From assembly GCA_937625935.1 (NCBI GenBank), contig OW569381.1:248001-312000 (forward strand): 64,000 nt of DNA. Reading direction: 5' to 3'. The stretch comes from Tetramitus jugosus (taxonomy: Eukaryota; Protista; Heterolobosea). Below the pieces are notes generated by a model. The model searched no databases. It saw only the letters and a program-made list of their open reading frames with translations, and had not been told where the DNA came from. Below are positions 48,201-61,000 of this stretch, in pieces; position 1 is the stretch's first letter; each line of letters opens with the position of its first letter. The position numbers and the translations under genes were made by a program.

Positions 48201-48339
48201 ACAGGTTCTTCATTTTACCTTTAACGATGGTACAAACTTTAATTTGGAGCTGGGAGATCAAGTCAATGTTACACTCATGGTTGACACACTGCAATCAACA
48301 CCCAGTGTTATTCCAACCTCAATTGAACTTTGTGTTTGA
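45258..48339 (+). CDS. Non-canonical terminal nucleotidyltransferase (Cid1/TUTase family) with a long C-terminal extension
   Basis: Intron 46300-46336 joins the ORFs in frame. LYGSS..DFDV, DVDICF, NTQLL..Y, KQWAK..GGLPSY, FFQFYSNFDF and VVDPFD (PAP-associated). First ATG at 45264. Confidence 0.85.
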
Positions 48340-48479
48340 ACGAATCCGCACACGTCGCTTAACAGAAAAAGCGTGTGAAAGGTAGTTTTGCTGCCCGTAA
48401 ACAAATAAATGGACACACGGAGTAAACATACTTTAGCGCGCTATACTGTGAAACGTTCACACAAGAACTACACAAGGAG

Positions 48480-48959
48480 ATGAAACGACGGAGTACCATA
48501 CCAAAGAATCCAAGAATCATTGATCTCAGGATAGCTCATTTTTTAAAGTGTAGATGGATGAAAGATAAGAACAGTCCAGGCGAGAAAGGAGGCGACTTTT
48601 GGATTATCATTGAGGACGATAGGGCTGTGATTCGATCCACGGAGTGTCCCAACCTCTCAGTTGTTTATGACGAAGTACTGCTTCTCGGATCAGATGAGAT
48701 CCAGTTGCACAGACATACCCTTCGCGATTCGGAGATGATCCAGATAAAATTGAGAGCAAAAGGAAGAAATAGGGTGTATGGTAAATTGAAAACGAGACCA
48801 ACAGCGATGCCTATGGGACAATATAAGACATCAAGAGTCTTTAGTACGCTGGAAATTCATTTCGACAGTAACCTAATACCCTTACTAGTAAGAGATCCTT
48901 TCACTGATAAACATGAGAAAGCTCTGGATGCGCTGTTCACACAACAATATCCAAACTGA
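48480..48959 (+). CDS. Hypothetical protein (159 aa)
   Basis: ATG ORF filling the gap between two genes, with globular beta-rich composition. No family recognised. Confidence 0.5.
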   Translation: MKRRSTIPKNPRIIDLRIAHFLKCRWMKDKNSPGEKGGDFWIIIEDDRAVIRSTECPNLSVVYDEVLLLGSDEIQLHRHTLRDSEMIQIKLRAKGRNRVYGKLKTRPTAMPMGQYKTSRVFSTLEIHFDSNLIPLLVRDPFTDKHEKALDALFTQQYPN

Positions 48960-48971
48960 TAAAGCACATTG

Positions 48972-51900
48972 TTATTTATTCACACGTGACCAACGATCGA
49001 TGCAATTTAGAAGATCCAATTTCATGTATGGTTTGGTAAGGTAATCTGACAACTCCTGGGTCTGGATAATCTTATCAATGTATTCAGATCGACTGTTCGC
49101 GGACACACCAACAATTGGAATAGGGGCCAAGGAATTCTCTTTTTCGAATTGGCGAATTCGCCTTGAACTTTCAATACCATTGCACACTGGCATTTCAATA
49201 TCCATCAATATCACCAAGATGTCTGAGTGATGATTGCAGTACGTATTATATGCTTCGAGTCCATTATTAGCGATCATGTATTGATAACCTTCGGAGTTCA
49301 ATAGGCGAGTGAGCAGTTTCTGATTGATGGCGTTGTCTTCAGCCACCAGGATGAATTTTGTCTTCTTAGAATCCGTGTTTGTATCGTTGGTGTTGCTTTC
49401 ATAGTAGTAATTGTCTTTCATGTGTTGTCTGTACTCTTTTTCTGCTTCCACGGACGGCCTCTTCAAAATCACATTGAATCTAAAGGCAGTTCCGATATCT
49501 TTTTGCGATGTCAACCCAATGGTACCACCCATTAATTCGACTAAATCTTTTGTAATCTTCAACCCTAAGCCTATTTATGAAAAATGTTAGAGAGACATAA
49601 AAATGATATATGATCCACAATTACCAATAGTTACATACCACTCCCACCATAGGTTTCAAACGTCTCTTTGGAAGCTTGTGAAAAGGGTTTGAACAACTTG
49701 TGTTGTTCAACAGAAGTCATCCCGATACCTGTGTCAATCACCGATGCTACTACATTGATAGAATCAGGATCGTTTGTAGGTTCACAGGTACAAGTGACTG
49801 TCACAGATCCTTGAGGTGTAAACTTGATTGCGTTCGACACTAAATTAATGATAATCTCCTTAAACCGATAGGGATCACCTTCGACCAATTCTGTTTTTTC
49901 GAGTTTTGTGAGCATAGTAATCGCCTTATTGGTTATCTGACCTTTAAATATCTGTAGAATGTTTTGAATGGTTTCTGCAGGATCAAATATTATCTTCTTG
50001 AGCTGCACGGTTTGATTCTCTAGCATAGAGATGTTTAAAACACAATCTACGATATCTTTCAGATGGTACGCACTAACAGTAATCGCTTCAATAGAATCTT
50101 TAACACTGACAGCAGTCTGGTTGTCAACTCGTGCCTCCATACACAGTTTTGGAAGAGCTTCATTCAAAATCTCCGTGCTACCAAATATGCCATGCAGAGG
50201 ATTTCTTAGTTCATGACAAAGCACGTCAATAAACTCCTCCAATCTTTGCTTTCTTGCTTTGAGCTCGGCTGCAATTGTCCTATAATTCTTTTCACTCATG
50301 AGCACAGCCGCAAACTTTTGATTCTCTAGTAATACTGTCATTTGAACTGCAAGTGGTATTAATACTTTCAATCTCTGCAAAGAGAAAGCGTTGGTAATTG
50401 TATTGCTCTCCAAGTACAAAATTCCCTTGAACTGATCTTGTCTAATGATAGGAAAAACCATCAATGACTTTGGATGGTTGGAATTGAAGTAGCAATCACC
50501 ACTGAACGGATGCGTGTCTCTGCAGTTATCGATTATCACTGTTTCATGGGACTTTTCAACATAATACAAGATCATCTTAGGACAGTTTTGATATGACTCT
50601 AATGGAATAGCTCTCATCGAGTCAATTTCCTGATCCAGTTTTCCTTCCGACACGACTAGGAGCTTATTCTCTTGTTCGGCCAGCAGAAAAACTGCTCTGG
50701 ACGCCCCGGTATTTTCGATTATTATATTCATCATTCGATTCAATAACTCTTCCAATCTAATATCCGAATCAATTAGAGCTTGTAAACCCTTGTAGACCGA
50801 AATATCATCGATATTTGATGCTTCGCACTTGCTACCAACGAATTGTTCTTCGATTCCACACTCTGGATCCAGACTGTTCTCGTCTTGCTTGTTCTTATGG
50901 GTATCTAGCTCTGGGTACGCCTTGTGCATTTGCAACACCTTTTGATAGGCTCCTATACTGTGATACAAATAACAAGCACTTTTCAGGTGTTGAGTTGCAT
51001 ATGTGGAGAGGCCTGACTCGATCCAAAACCTGCCCGCCAGTTCATTGGCCAATGCTTCGTACAGTGTAAAATCGTGCTTATGAGCAGATTGGATCGCTTC
51101 ATTATAAAATCTTACTGCTTCTTCAAACTGATTCAATGTTCGAGCTCTCTCTGCTTTCAAGATGAATAATTTATGTTCAAAATTAGCTTCGCAATTCGAT
51201 GTCCACAACGTGAACTTTTCAATCGATTGGTCAACTTTGCCCAATAGCTCCTCTTTCTTTTCTGAATTGTTCGTGGATTGATTTTCATCCCTGCATTCAG
51301 CGAGAAAAGCAAGGGAGCTATAGAAATAACTGAGGCTGACCCGAAAGGTGCCGAATAACAATCGCGGTGAATGCTCGTACACTTGCTCTGCTAACAGGAG
51401 GAGCTGTGTGTTGTGATCATTTTTGTACATTGCTCTCTGTAAACTGGCTAATGAATAACTTGCCATCATAACAGGTGCCATAGCGAACTCTGATTTCAGA
51501 AACTCTTCCTCATCAAATTCAAATATCTCGTCATGTTCTAGTCCAGCCAAATATCGGAAAGCAAGCATCGAACATTGCAAAAAGGTAAAGATAAAATCGT
51601 TCGTCTCCTTGATGTATCTTCCTCTCTCCTTATAGATTGCCCGGACTGCAGTAAAGTTTTCATTTGCGTAAAATGTATCCGAAATGAAATGCTGTGCTGA
51701 ATAACAAGAGAACCCAATATCACCAATTTCTAAAGCCAATTCGAATCCTCTGTTCAGATAATACAACGAAAATGATATTCGTTGAACCCAATTGTTCGTG
51801 CCAGCGCCAAAAAGCAAGTAACACTTTTCTCGAATAAGGACATTATCATATTTGTCTGCAAGCCCCAGAGCTACCTTTCCGAATCGCCAAGCACTCAAAT

Positions 51901-54900
51901 AGTCACCTGTAAGTTCACCAGAAATGAATGAATATTGCATAAATCCGATCGATGACATTTCACAATTTCCATGTTGAATCGAGTAGTTTGTACTGAGCGC
52001 ACTCGATAGTTGAGCGAGCGATGCATCACTTCCTGCATATGCAGGAATCCACAAAGCATGAAATAATTGCATGATTACTAAATCTTTTTCATCCTTAATC
52101 TGAGGAGAATCCAATAGATCCTCAATTATTTTCCCCTTCAAGTTGACTTGAATGGCTGTTAATTCATGTCGCAGCATCTCTTCGATTGCCCCTCTCTCTT
52201 TCAGAATATGTATCCCAAACATACTTAAACATTCGAGAATCAAAATAATTGCGTCCTGATATTTTTGCTGGACTTCGTAATGATTTATCATGATCATATG
52301 AATTCGATACTTATCCAAATCGTCCCGAACGTTTGTTAAAAGGAAGGAATACAACTTTTCCGCCTTTTCAACTTTCAATGTTAGAAAGTAAACTTGGGTT
52401 TGTTCCAAGTAAAGTTTCAAAGTTAGAGTATAGTGAGATGTCCAACAATCCTTTGGGAGTAAACTAACTCCAAACTTGAGATATGTTACAGCCAATCGAT
52501 ATGCTGTTGACATTTTGGCTCGAGCTCCCGTGTCGAGACATATTCTTGCTACTCTAATTTTCTCCTCGTCATCTGATAAGAAAGACTCTGCATTCTTGAA
52601 GTGAGTGATGATCTGAAAACTCTCTGCTGATGTTAGTTTATCATGACGACTCAGTAATGTTCGACCAATAGTCAAATGGATATTCTGTCTCTCTAATAAT
52701 CCCAATCGTTCATATGCTGCCTGTTGTATCTTGTCGTGAGTATACATAAAGGATATGTCGGACTGGGTGTTGGGTGCTAGAGGTGAATCATCATTTTCTC
52801 TTGGATAACTCCACTGCTTGATCTCTCGCGTGATACTTTCACAATCCTCTCCAGATCGTTGCACAATTAGACCTTCCTTTAGAGCCGGCCACAAAATATT
52901 AATGATTGAATCTCTCTTTGCCCCACTGAGAAGAGACAACAGAGACACATCAAACTTGTCTCCAATTGCCGAAGCAATAGATAAAAGATTCTGAGTCTCA
53001 GTTGGCAATTTCTGTATCCGTTCTATCGTCATATCTAATACATTGTCTGTTATTCTAGTGGAAATAATTTCTTCAACGTTCCAAATCCAAGAAATAGTCG
53101 CATTGTCAAACCGTATCAAACCCTCATGTGCCAAATTCATCAGATAACTTTTGAGAAACAGGGGATTTCCACCTGTTTTGGTATGTGCTATCTCTGCTAA
53201 CTTCCTGACTGCAGTTTTATTGGACGATAGGGAATCGTTCAACATTTCAGTGACATTCTCGATGCACAATGGAACTAATTCAATTTCTTCGAGTTGATCA
53301 CTGTGCTTAATTTTTAAATTTTGAATCATAGACGTCAATGCGTCACTACATTGGCTCGTCCGATAGGTTCCAATAATCACTAAATATTTCGTGTTCGCGT
53401 CACTTATCAGCATTTCAATTAGCTTTATCGAATTCAAATCTGCCCAATGCAAGTCATCAAAACAAATCACCAATGAATGTTCCTCCTGTGTAAAAACTCG
53501 AATAAAATCTAAAAGAACTTGATAGAATCGATTTTGATTCTCAGTTGGTGGTAATACTTCGACAGGAGGTTGAGGACCTGTCAGGATTTCGACCTCTGGT
53601 ATCACATCAATGATAACCTGGACTCTCAATCCCAAAGCATGGACGATTCTATCTCTCCAATAATCTACGTCGCTTAGTATCATCAATATTAATTGTTGAA
53701 ATGCTTCAATAAAGGAAGCATAAGGTTTCATCATTGCCCGCTTTATCTGATCAAACTTGCCTGTGACAAAGAAACCAGATTGTGGCTCAATCATCACCTT
53801 TTGGAGTTCATTGATCAAACTCGACTTTCCTGTACCTGAATCTCCTCTGACCAGGATCAATTGCGAACCTACGTCACCTCTCTGAACTCGTTTGTATCCA
53901 TTGACCAGTTTCTTCACTTCCTCCGATCTTCCATACAACTTCTGTTTGATAGAAAAAGTCGTATGGACATCATGCTCACCTATAGTGATCATTGTTTCTC
54001 TTGTTAACATGTCTTGAGCAAACAAGTTGAAACATTTCAACAAATCCATCTTTACTCCATACATGGACTGATACCGCTCATCTAAATCCTTCTCCATCAT
54101 GTGCATAATGATATCAGCCAATCCAATCGGTATATCTGATCGAGCATCGCTCAAGTGTACTGGCTTGTTTGCGATAATGGCATACACGAGTTTAACAACA
54201 TCATGTGTGTCTTCAAATGGCATCACTCCACCCAATAGCTCGTAAAACACAACACCGAGTGAATAGATGTCGGAAGTGAGTGTTACCGAACGATTCATGC
54301 GTCCTGTTTGCTCAGGTGAAACATACCGCAGTTGTTTCAACTCGATCTGATTGAGAATAGATGCACTGGGAAACTCTCTTTGCAACTCGGATGCACTCCC
54401 AAAGTCAATGATCCGAACTACTAATCTCTTCCAATCGATCAAAATGTTATGTGGCCGGATGGCGTTATGTATAAAACCAACCTGATGAATGGCACCCAAA
54501 CCCTCAACCAACTGTAACGCCAGAGTAAAAAAGTCTTTGATGCTAATTCCTCCCTATGATGAATTTGTGAGTAAAATGGTAGTTCCATTTGAACCAAATG
54601 ACAGACAACATAAAAAACAATACCTTTGGAATAAATGATCTCCACAGGCCGTCAACATGACTGGACTCTTCTCTGATATCCTCCATCACGATAGCCAATC
54701 CATATCCATGCTTTACCAAGTCATAGTAACGAATAATTGTGTCTCCACAAAAGGTTTGATTGGTTTCTATACATACTGAAAGGTGCTGTGTCACTCCATC
54801 TTCGCATTGCTCTTTCCTTCTCTTTTGCAGTTCTTCGATCGATGCATGAATCGTTCTCACAATCGAATAATCACGACGCAGGCGATTGGTGGACCGAGTA

Positions 54901-55274
54901 GAGGGAAACTCCTTGCAACTCACCTTTACAATGACTGACTTCTGTTGATGGTGCAACAGTGGGTCATGATGATTCGAAGCACTGTGACGAACAATGTTAT
55001 CAAGAACGATAGTATCATGCGAAATGCTCTTGTCGTTTGAGTGCTCCCGATCCGAACCAACCATCGCTCTATAGACATCAGCGTGATCTCCTGCATAAAG
55101 CCTCTCCTTCAATCGGTATTGACAATGATGAAGAGAGGGACTCAACGGAGAAGCTGGAACACGATCGGAGTTGACGACAGAAACGTCTTGCTTGCCGTCT
55201 GCCAATTGATGTTGTTGTGTCCTTGGGTCGAGGGACAAGTGATCCTCTTGTCTTTTTTGGCGTTTGGACAGCAT
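48972..55274 (-). CDS. Giant hybrid histidine kinase: Ser/Thr kinase-like - P-loop ATPase - helical region - GAF - HisKA - HATPase - REC (HstK / fungal Chk1-Mak2/3 architecture)
   Basis: Introns 54554-54623 and 49571-49638 join three ORFs in frame. DFG and YVSPEQTGRMNR, Walker A GDSGTGKS, Walker B FDDLHWAD, GAF ..GILYLE, CHELRNPL, NAIKFT, GGSG|LGL, and REC AEDN..LMDIEMP..KP. Confidence 0.93.
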
Positions 55275-55976
55275 GATGATGAAAAAGCCTCCAAGTCTTC
55301 AATGGAACACAAATTTCTTTTTGCTTTGCGAATGGTGTTTCTGCAGGTCACATCATCATTGATCTAATTATGTTGGGAGAAGCTTGATGCTCGTCAAGGT
55401 TGGTTCTCTTGGTGAGAATTACTCCAAACTGAACCCATTCGCTTTTTCTGTTCATTTTGTTTCTGGCTTTGGAAATTAACGGTATCATCGATCCGATCTC
55501 CATTGGGTCATTCCGTTGATTCCATCGACAACGGGATTCAGTTTGATCTACGAATTCTCAACCAACCCAACGAACAACTTTGAGGAGAACCAACTTGATG
55601 TTGCGGTTAAACTATCTGTATCAGAACCCCTCATCCGTATCTCCTGTCCACTTGTTGCAACATCTCCTACCTGGATACCCGTCTTTTCTCGAAAATGGTG
55701 AGTGAATTTGAGTCATCCCTGCTCCGAAACTTCTATTTGCCGCTGGTTGGAATAAAAAACTGGAGAACTGACGAAATTCACTTTCCGAAGAGCCGTAGAC
55801 AACCTCTGAAAATCAGTCCGCAGTTTCCACACACAACAAGAAAATACTCACTTATTCCATGAGCTCAACTTTTTTGTGTGCAACACGACAAATCAATCGA
55901 ACAAAAAACAAACAAACAACAAATCAGTATCAAGGTACTGGGAGGTTTTCAACAAACAAACAAACCTGACAACAAC

Positions 55977-57905
55977 ATGATGACTATCGCACAAAAAATG
56001 TTCACTTCTGTCATGCACCTGACCATTGGTCTCATCATCATGACGATACTTTTCGCCTCATCACTAACATTGATGACTCAATCTGTTCATGCAGCCACCG
56101 TCACATCCTCTGCTATAAAAACTCCGACTGTGAACAGCGGAGAAACAAGAATTTTGCTTACGGGAGCGGCGGGATTTATTGGATACCATTTAATGGACCA
56201 TTTGGCAACGACATCACCAAAGACAAAGGTTATTGGTATTGACAATTTCAATGATTATTACTCTGTGGAGCTAAAGTACATGAGAGCTAATGATTTGAGG
56301 CGCAAACACAATGCCACCATCATTGAAGGCGACGCTTGTGATGAACAATTGATTGATGACTTGTTTCGAAAGTATCGTTTCACTCACATTGTTCACTTGG
56401 CTGCACAAGCTGGTGTGCGCTATTCACTCAAGAATCCAAAGTCCTACGTCACTGCAAACATTATGTGCAATGTCAATTTGTTGGAAGCGATCAAAAAATG
56501 GAATTTGGGCACAAGGTACATTTATGCCTCTTCTTCCAGTGTCTACGGCCTGAACAAGATTCCATTCTCGGAGAGTCAAACAGTAGATAGACCAACAAAC
56601 GTCTATGGCTCTACAAAGATTGCTGGTGAGCATTTGGCATCCGTGTACAATTATTTGTACGGTATTCAAGTGATTGGACTGCGGTTTTTCACCGTGTATG
56701 GTGATGATGGAAGACCAGATATGGCTGTGTTTGGATGGGCAGAGTCCATGGCTCACAATCGCCCCATTACACTGTATTTCAAGGAGGGAGCAGAAATTAC
56801 AAGAGATTTTACTCATGTTGATGATATTGTGAGAGGTATTGAAGGTGTCATTCACTACTCTTCCAAGCCAATTCGCTCTCCATCGTCCCCTGAACAAGAA
56901 GGAACAATTGAGAACAAGCCAGAGGTGTTCAATCTCGGAAACAATCAACCAGAGAGTGTTCATGCTCTTGTGTCCTACTTGGCGCAGGATATGGGTAAAA
57001 GAGAAGCTGCCGTCGCAAAGACTATGGTACCATTGCCCGATTCTGACATGATCTCAACTTTTGCTGATATCGATAAGGCATCGAGACTGTTGGGCTTCAA
57101 GCCTCGCGTCTCATTGCAACAAGGAGTCAGACGATTTGTTCAATGGTACAAGTCTGTCTTTTGGCCAGAAGATGTCATCTTTACAACCTATTTCACTGAG
57201 AAGGAGCACCCAGAGAGAGCCAATATCATCAAGTGCAGCTCATTTGATCTCATGTCTGAATGGTACGAGAGTGTGCATAAGCTCAACTTGAGAGCTGTGG
57301 TCTTCCATGATGCTCTGGATGATGACTTTGTGGCCAAGTATACCACTCACAATGTTCGTTTTGTCAAGGTTACACTCGGTGAACGATCCAATAACGATGA
57401 GCGATTCTTTATCTACCTAAACTACTTGAAGGAGAAAATGAAGATCAATCCAGAGCTCGCACCAAAGAGAGTTCTGATGACTGATTTGTTCGATGTCAAG
57501 TTCAACAGGAATCCATTTGATTTCATGGTTTCGCATGAAGCAAAGACTGGTTCTCGTGATTCCTTGTTCATCGGATCAGAGAGAGAAACGATCATGGAGA
57601 GTGCCTGGGCTCAAAAGAGATTGAGTCAATGTGTCGATCCAAAGAGGTGGGAAAAGATGATGAGTTCTATTCTGTTGAATCCTGGTATTGTTGGAGGAAG
57701 AACCAGCACAATCATCAACTTTTTGAGTGTTTACACGAATGAGATGAGCAAAGCACCAGTTTCTGCAAACTGCAACACTCCAGTCTTCAATGTTATCGTT
57801 CGGGAGAATCCAACATGGAACTCGGCTGCAGTCACTGGAGCTCCATTCCACACTGAACTGAAGGCTTACGACAACTCTTCACATTTTTACATTAAGCACA
57901 AGTAA
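55977..57905 (+). CDS. UDP-glucuronate 4-epimerase-like extended SDR with an N-terminal membrane anchor and an extra C-terminal domain
   Basis: TGAAGFIG, DNFNDYY, HLAAQAGVRYS, YASSSSVYG, YGSTK and RFFTVYG..GRPDMA. Hydrophobic N-terminal segment. Confidence 0.9.
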   Translation: MMTIAQKMFTSVMHLTIGLIIMTILFASSLTLMTQSVHAATVTSSAIKTPTVNSGETRILLTGAAGFIGYHLMDHLATTSPKTKVIGIDNFNDYYSVELKYMRANDLRRKHNATIIEGDACDEQLIDDLFRKYRFTHIVHLAAQAGVRYSLKNPKSYVTANIMCNVNLLEAIKKWNLGTRYIYASSSSVYGLNKIPFSESQTVDRPTNVYGSTKIAGEHLASVYNYLYGIQVIGLRFFTVYGDDGRPDMAVFGWAESMAHNRPITLYFKEGAEITRDFTHVDDIVRGIEGVIHYSSKPIRSPSSPEQEGTIENKPEVFNLGNNQPESVHALVSYLAQDMGKREAAVAKTMVPLPDSDMISTFADIDKASRLLGFKPRVSLQQGVRRFVQWYKSVFWPEDVIFTTYFTEKEHPERANIIKCSSFDLMSEWYESVHKLNLRAVVFHDALDDDFVAKYTTHNVRFVKVTLGERSNNDERFFIYLNYLKEKMKINPELAPKRVLMTDLFDVKFNRNPFDFMVSHEAKTGSRDSLFIGSERETIMESAWAQKRLSQCVDPKRWEKMMSSILLNPGIVGGRTSTIINFLSVYTNEMSKAPVSANCNTPVFNVIVRENPTWNSAAVTGAPFHTELKAYDNSSHFYIKHK

Positions 57906-58072
57906 GGAGATAATAAGGAAGAATATCACTCGAGAACTAACGTGGAGTCTAAAAACTAACATGAGAGTTCAATCAAGGTGCTCCAGAGCACACCGCCGTC
58001 TAACAAATTTTGCACAACCATAGTGCGTAACGGGTTAAGTTCGATCAATAAAAGACGCATGAGAGTAACAAT

Positions 58073-61000
58073 TTATCTGGTGCCATACTCACTCACACTT
58101 TCTGTAATTTTCTCCACATTCTTTGCCAGACTAAAGTAAACGTACGAAGGATACATTTGGGCGAAGGTCAGCTGGAAAACAGGGTTTTCGAGCTCCAAAT
58201 GTGATCCTGCGTGAGGAAGCAATGTAGATGGAGATTCAGGCACAGTCAGGTCAAACTTTCGGTGCGAGAAGAGGGTCTTGGGCAAGTTGGTCCACTCGGC
58301 TGATTCTCGACTACCGCCAACATCGATCCGTGGATGCTTGGTTGATGGCAGTAACTTTGTGTTGTCCCTTTTGGGTCCAGCATATTTGGATACCTCAACT
58401 CCAACACATTGCAAGATAATTTTGGCATAGTCGAAATATTTGGCAAGCATTTCTACATGATGGTGATTACCGTCTAGAACTAACTTGGATGCTTCCCGTA
58501 ACTTATTTTTTTGAGTGTTGTTATGGGTTTCATTTGATACATAGTTGCCAATCACAATGAACAGCGAACTCATCCAAAGGAATCGTGGCATTTCTTTTCG
58601 TTCTCTTTTGAATTGAATTGACATATCAAGGATGGATTTCTCTAGTCGAGATTCCAGTTGAGAAATGGGAACGAGTACTCCCTTCTCATCTCTAATATTT
58701 ACATCCAACGCTTGAACAAAATTCATAGCATTCTCAAATATCGTAAAACGATAGCTGGCTTCTGTCGATCGAACATGCTCATCCATGAAATCAAACATGA
58801 ACATATATTCACTGTACACATTTGGTAGTTGAGCTCTAATGAACACATACAAATAGACTGGGAATATATCATCAGCTCCAAGGTCTAATTGTTTCTTGAT
58901 CGTAGGACTGGCGCTCATATTTTTACTCATAATGTTGTAATCAATCGCATTGATGACCTCTTTGTGCGTTTGTACCAATTGATGGTACTTGTCATGAGCA
59001 GTGAAACAACCTGATGACAACTGTCTCAATCTGTTGATACATTCGTTGTATGGTTGCTTAAATAATCTATTATTTTCCTGATCGGGTATAAATTGACTCT
59101 CAACACCAAGCTCTTCCATATTGATTCGACACAGTGATAAAAACTTGAATCGATACATCACATCCTGCTCCTCATAACATAGCTTGTAGATGGAGAACAA
59201 TGTGTTATAGATTCTTCTTGTGATGCAGTTTTTGATTGTGTACATGAGTTTGTTCGTTCCATAGATGGTTACTCCATCCAATCCAAGCACTTCCGTGACA
59301 GTCATTTTAAATTCATTAAAGAAACTATAGAGATCATCTAGAGCGTTTGGCAATTGAATCTTCGCGTCTGATTGACAAGTAATAAACGATTGATGATATC
59401 TCCAATTGAACAGGTGGACAAAGTCCTGAGTTATGCGGAATAGTACATTTGAATTATACATTTCGTTTAACACGTCATCAATATCATCGTGCTCCTCTTC
59501 CTTGTGGTAGTGACTTTGGACAAACTTTGAATATAAGCTTTCATCCAAATATGTTTGAATCGCGTCCTGTATTGATTTCCTTGATATAGGAGATAGTGGT
59601 TCGCTGTGTTCGCTAATGCGCTTACGTCTGTGTTGAATAAATAAATTAGTGCTGCTACCTGCAAATCTCTTTCTTTCTGCTTTGACTTCTGCCGCATATG
59701 AGGCAAAAAAGTTTCGATACTTGTTCTTGGTCATTAGTTCACTTTCAGGCAGTGTGCTAGACTCTATATGACAAAAATGAAACTTTGCTGATTCCTTTCT
59801 CTTTTCAATCTCCTGAACATTTTCTCGTAGTAAAATCTTGGAGCATCTCGATGCACTCTTGATCACACCTTTCTTGTAAGATGCGTTCTTTATGTTGTCA
59901 TAGCTCCAAACTCCTTCTATTCTATCTCCGTTAGGCAACGTTAATTTACCTTTACCATTCTTGTGGCCATTCTTCCACTCCCCTTCATAAACTGTACCGT
60001 CTTTGTACACGATGACACCGAATCCCTCTTGTTGATTATCCTTCCAATTTCCATAATATTGTTTCTCTTCCAAGTTTGCCTCTCCCTTGAACAGCATGAC
60101 ACCATATCCACATAAAGAATCATTGACAAACTGACCGTAATACTTTGCACCAGAGTTGTAATGAATTTCACCCCGTCCATGCTTTTGAATATGAGGAAGA
60201 GCAGAGGGCGTACTTGACACGCGAGTGGAATTGGAGGCATTGAGACCTCGCTCAGCCATAAAGTGAATCAATTGCGATTCTGAATGAGAGCTAATTGCCT
60301 TTGACAAAAATGACCCTGAGGTATCGGACCAATCAGCCTTAATCTGACCAAAATAACGATCACCATTCCGATAAATAACAACTGCCTCCTTGTCTTCTAC
60401 GGGCTTATCTTGACTCCAATGCCCAGTACACGCAAGGATAGGAACTGTTGAGAACCGGCACGTACCGGATCCATTTCTCATATCATCCAAAAACTCGCCG
60501 TCATAAAGATCCCCATTCGCATAATTCAATGTTCCTTTTCCATGCTTGCTCAAACCATTTCCAAGCTCTCCCTCATACAGACTCGTATCTCGATAAACAA
60601 TTGTTCTAATTTTTGCGACTCGGATCATACTTCCATTGCCCGGTGATGCAACACCAATGCTCGACCCTGTTGTAGTGGTGGTGGTGGAGGTTGACTTTTC
60701 AACGGGCAGTGCAGAAGAAGAAGCAGAAGCACTCGCGTTCTGATGAAGATGAACATCAACATCTGCTTCATCCACTTGCGTGCCTGATGCACCATTCAAC
60801 ATGTCCACAATATATGGATTCGCAGCAGACCACACTTGCTCCATCTCTGACGGTGTTCTAGGCCTAAATCGCTTCAAAAAACTCTTTCGTCGACTACCGC
60901 CACTACCACCACCACTGCTGGCACTACTCATGTGACTATTGGCCGACGGAGGAGACACACAACCATTACTACTACTACTACTGCTACTGCTCAGACTACC

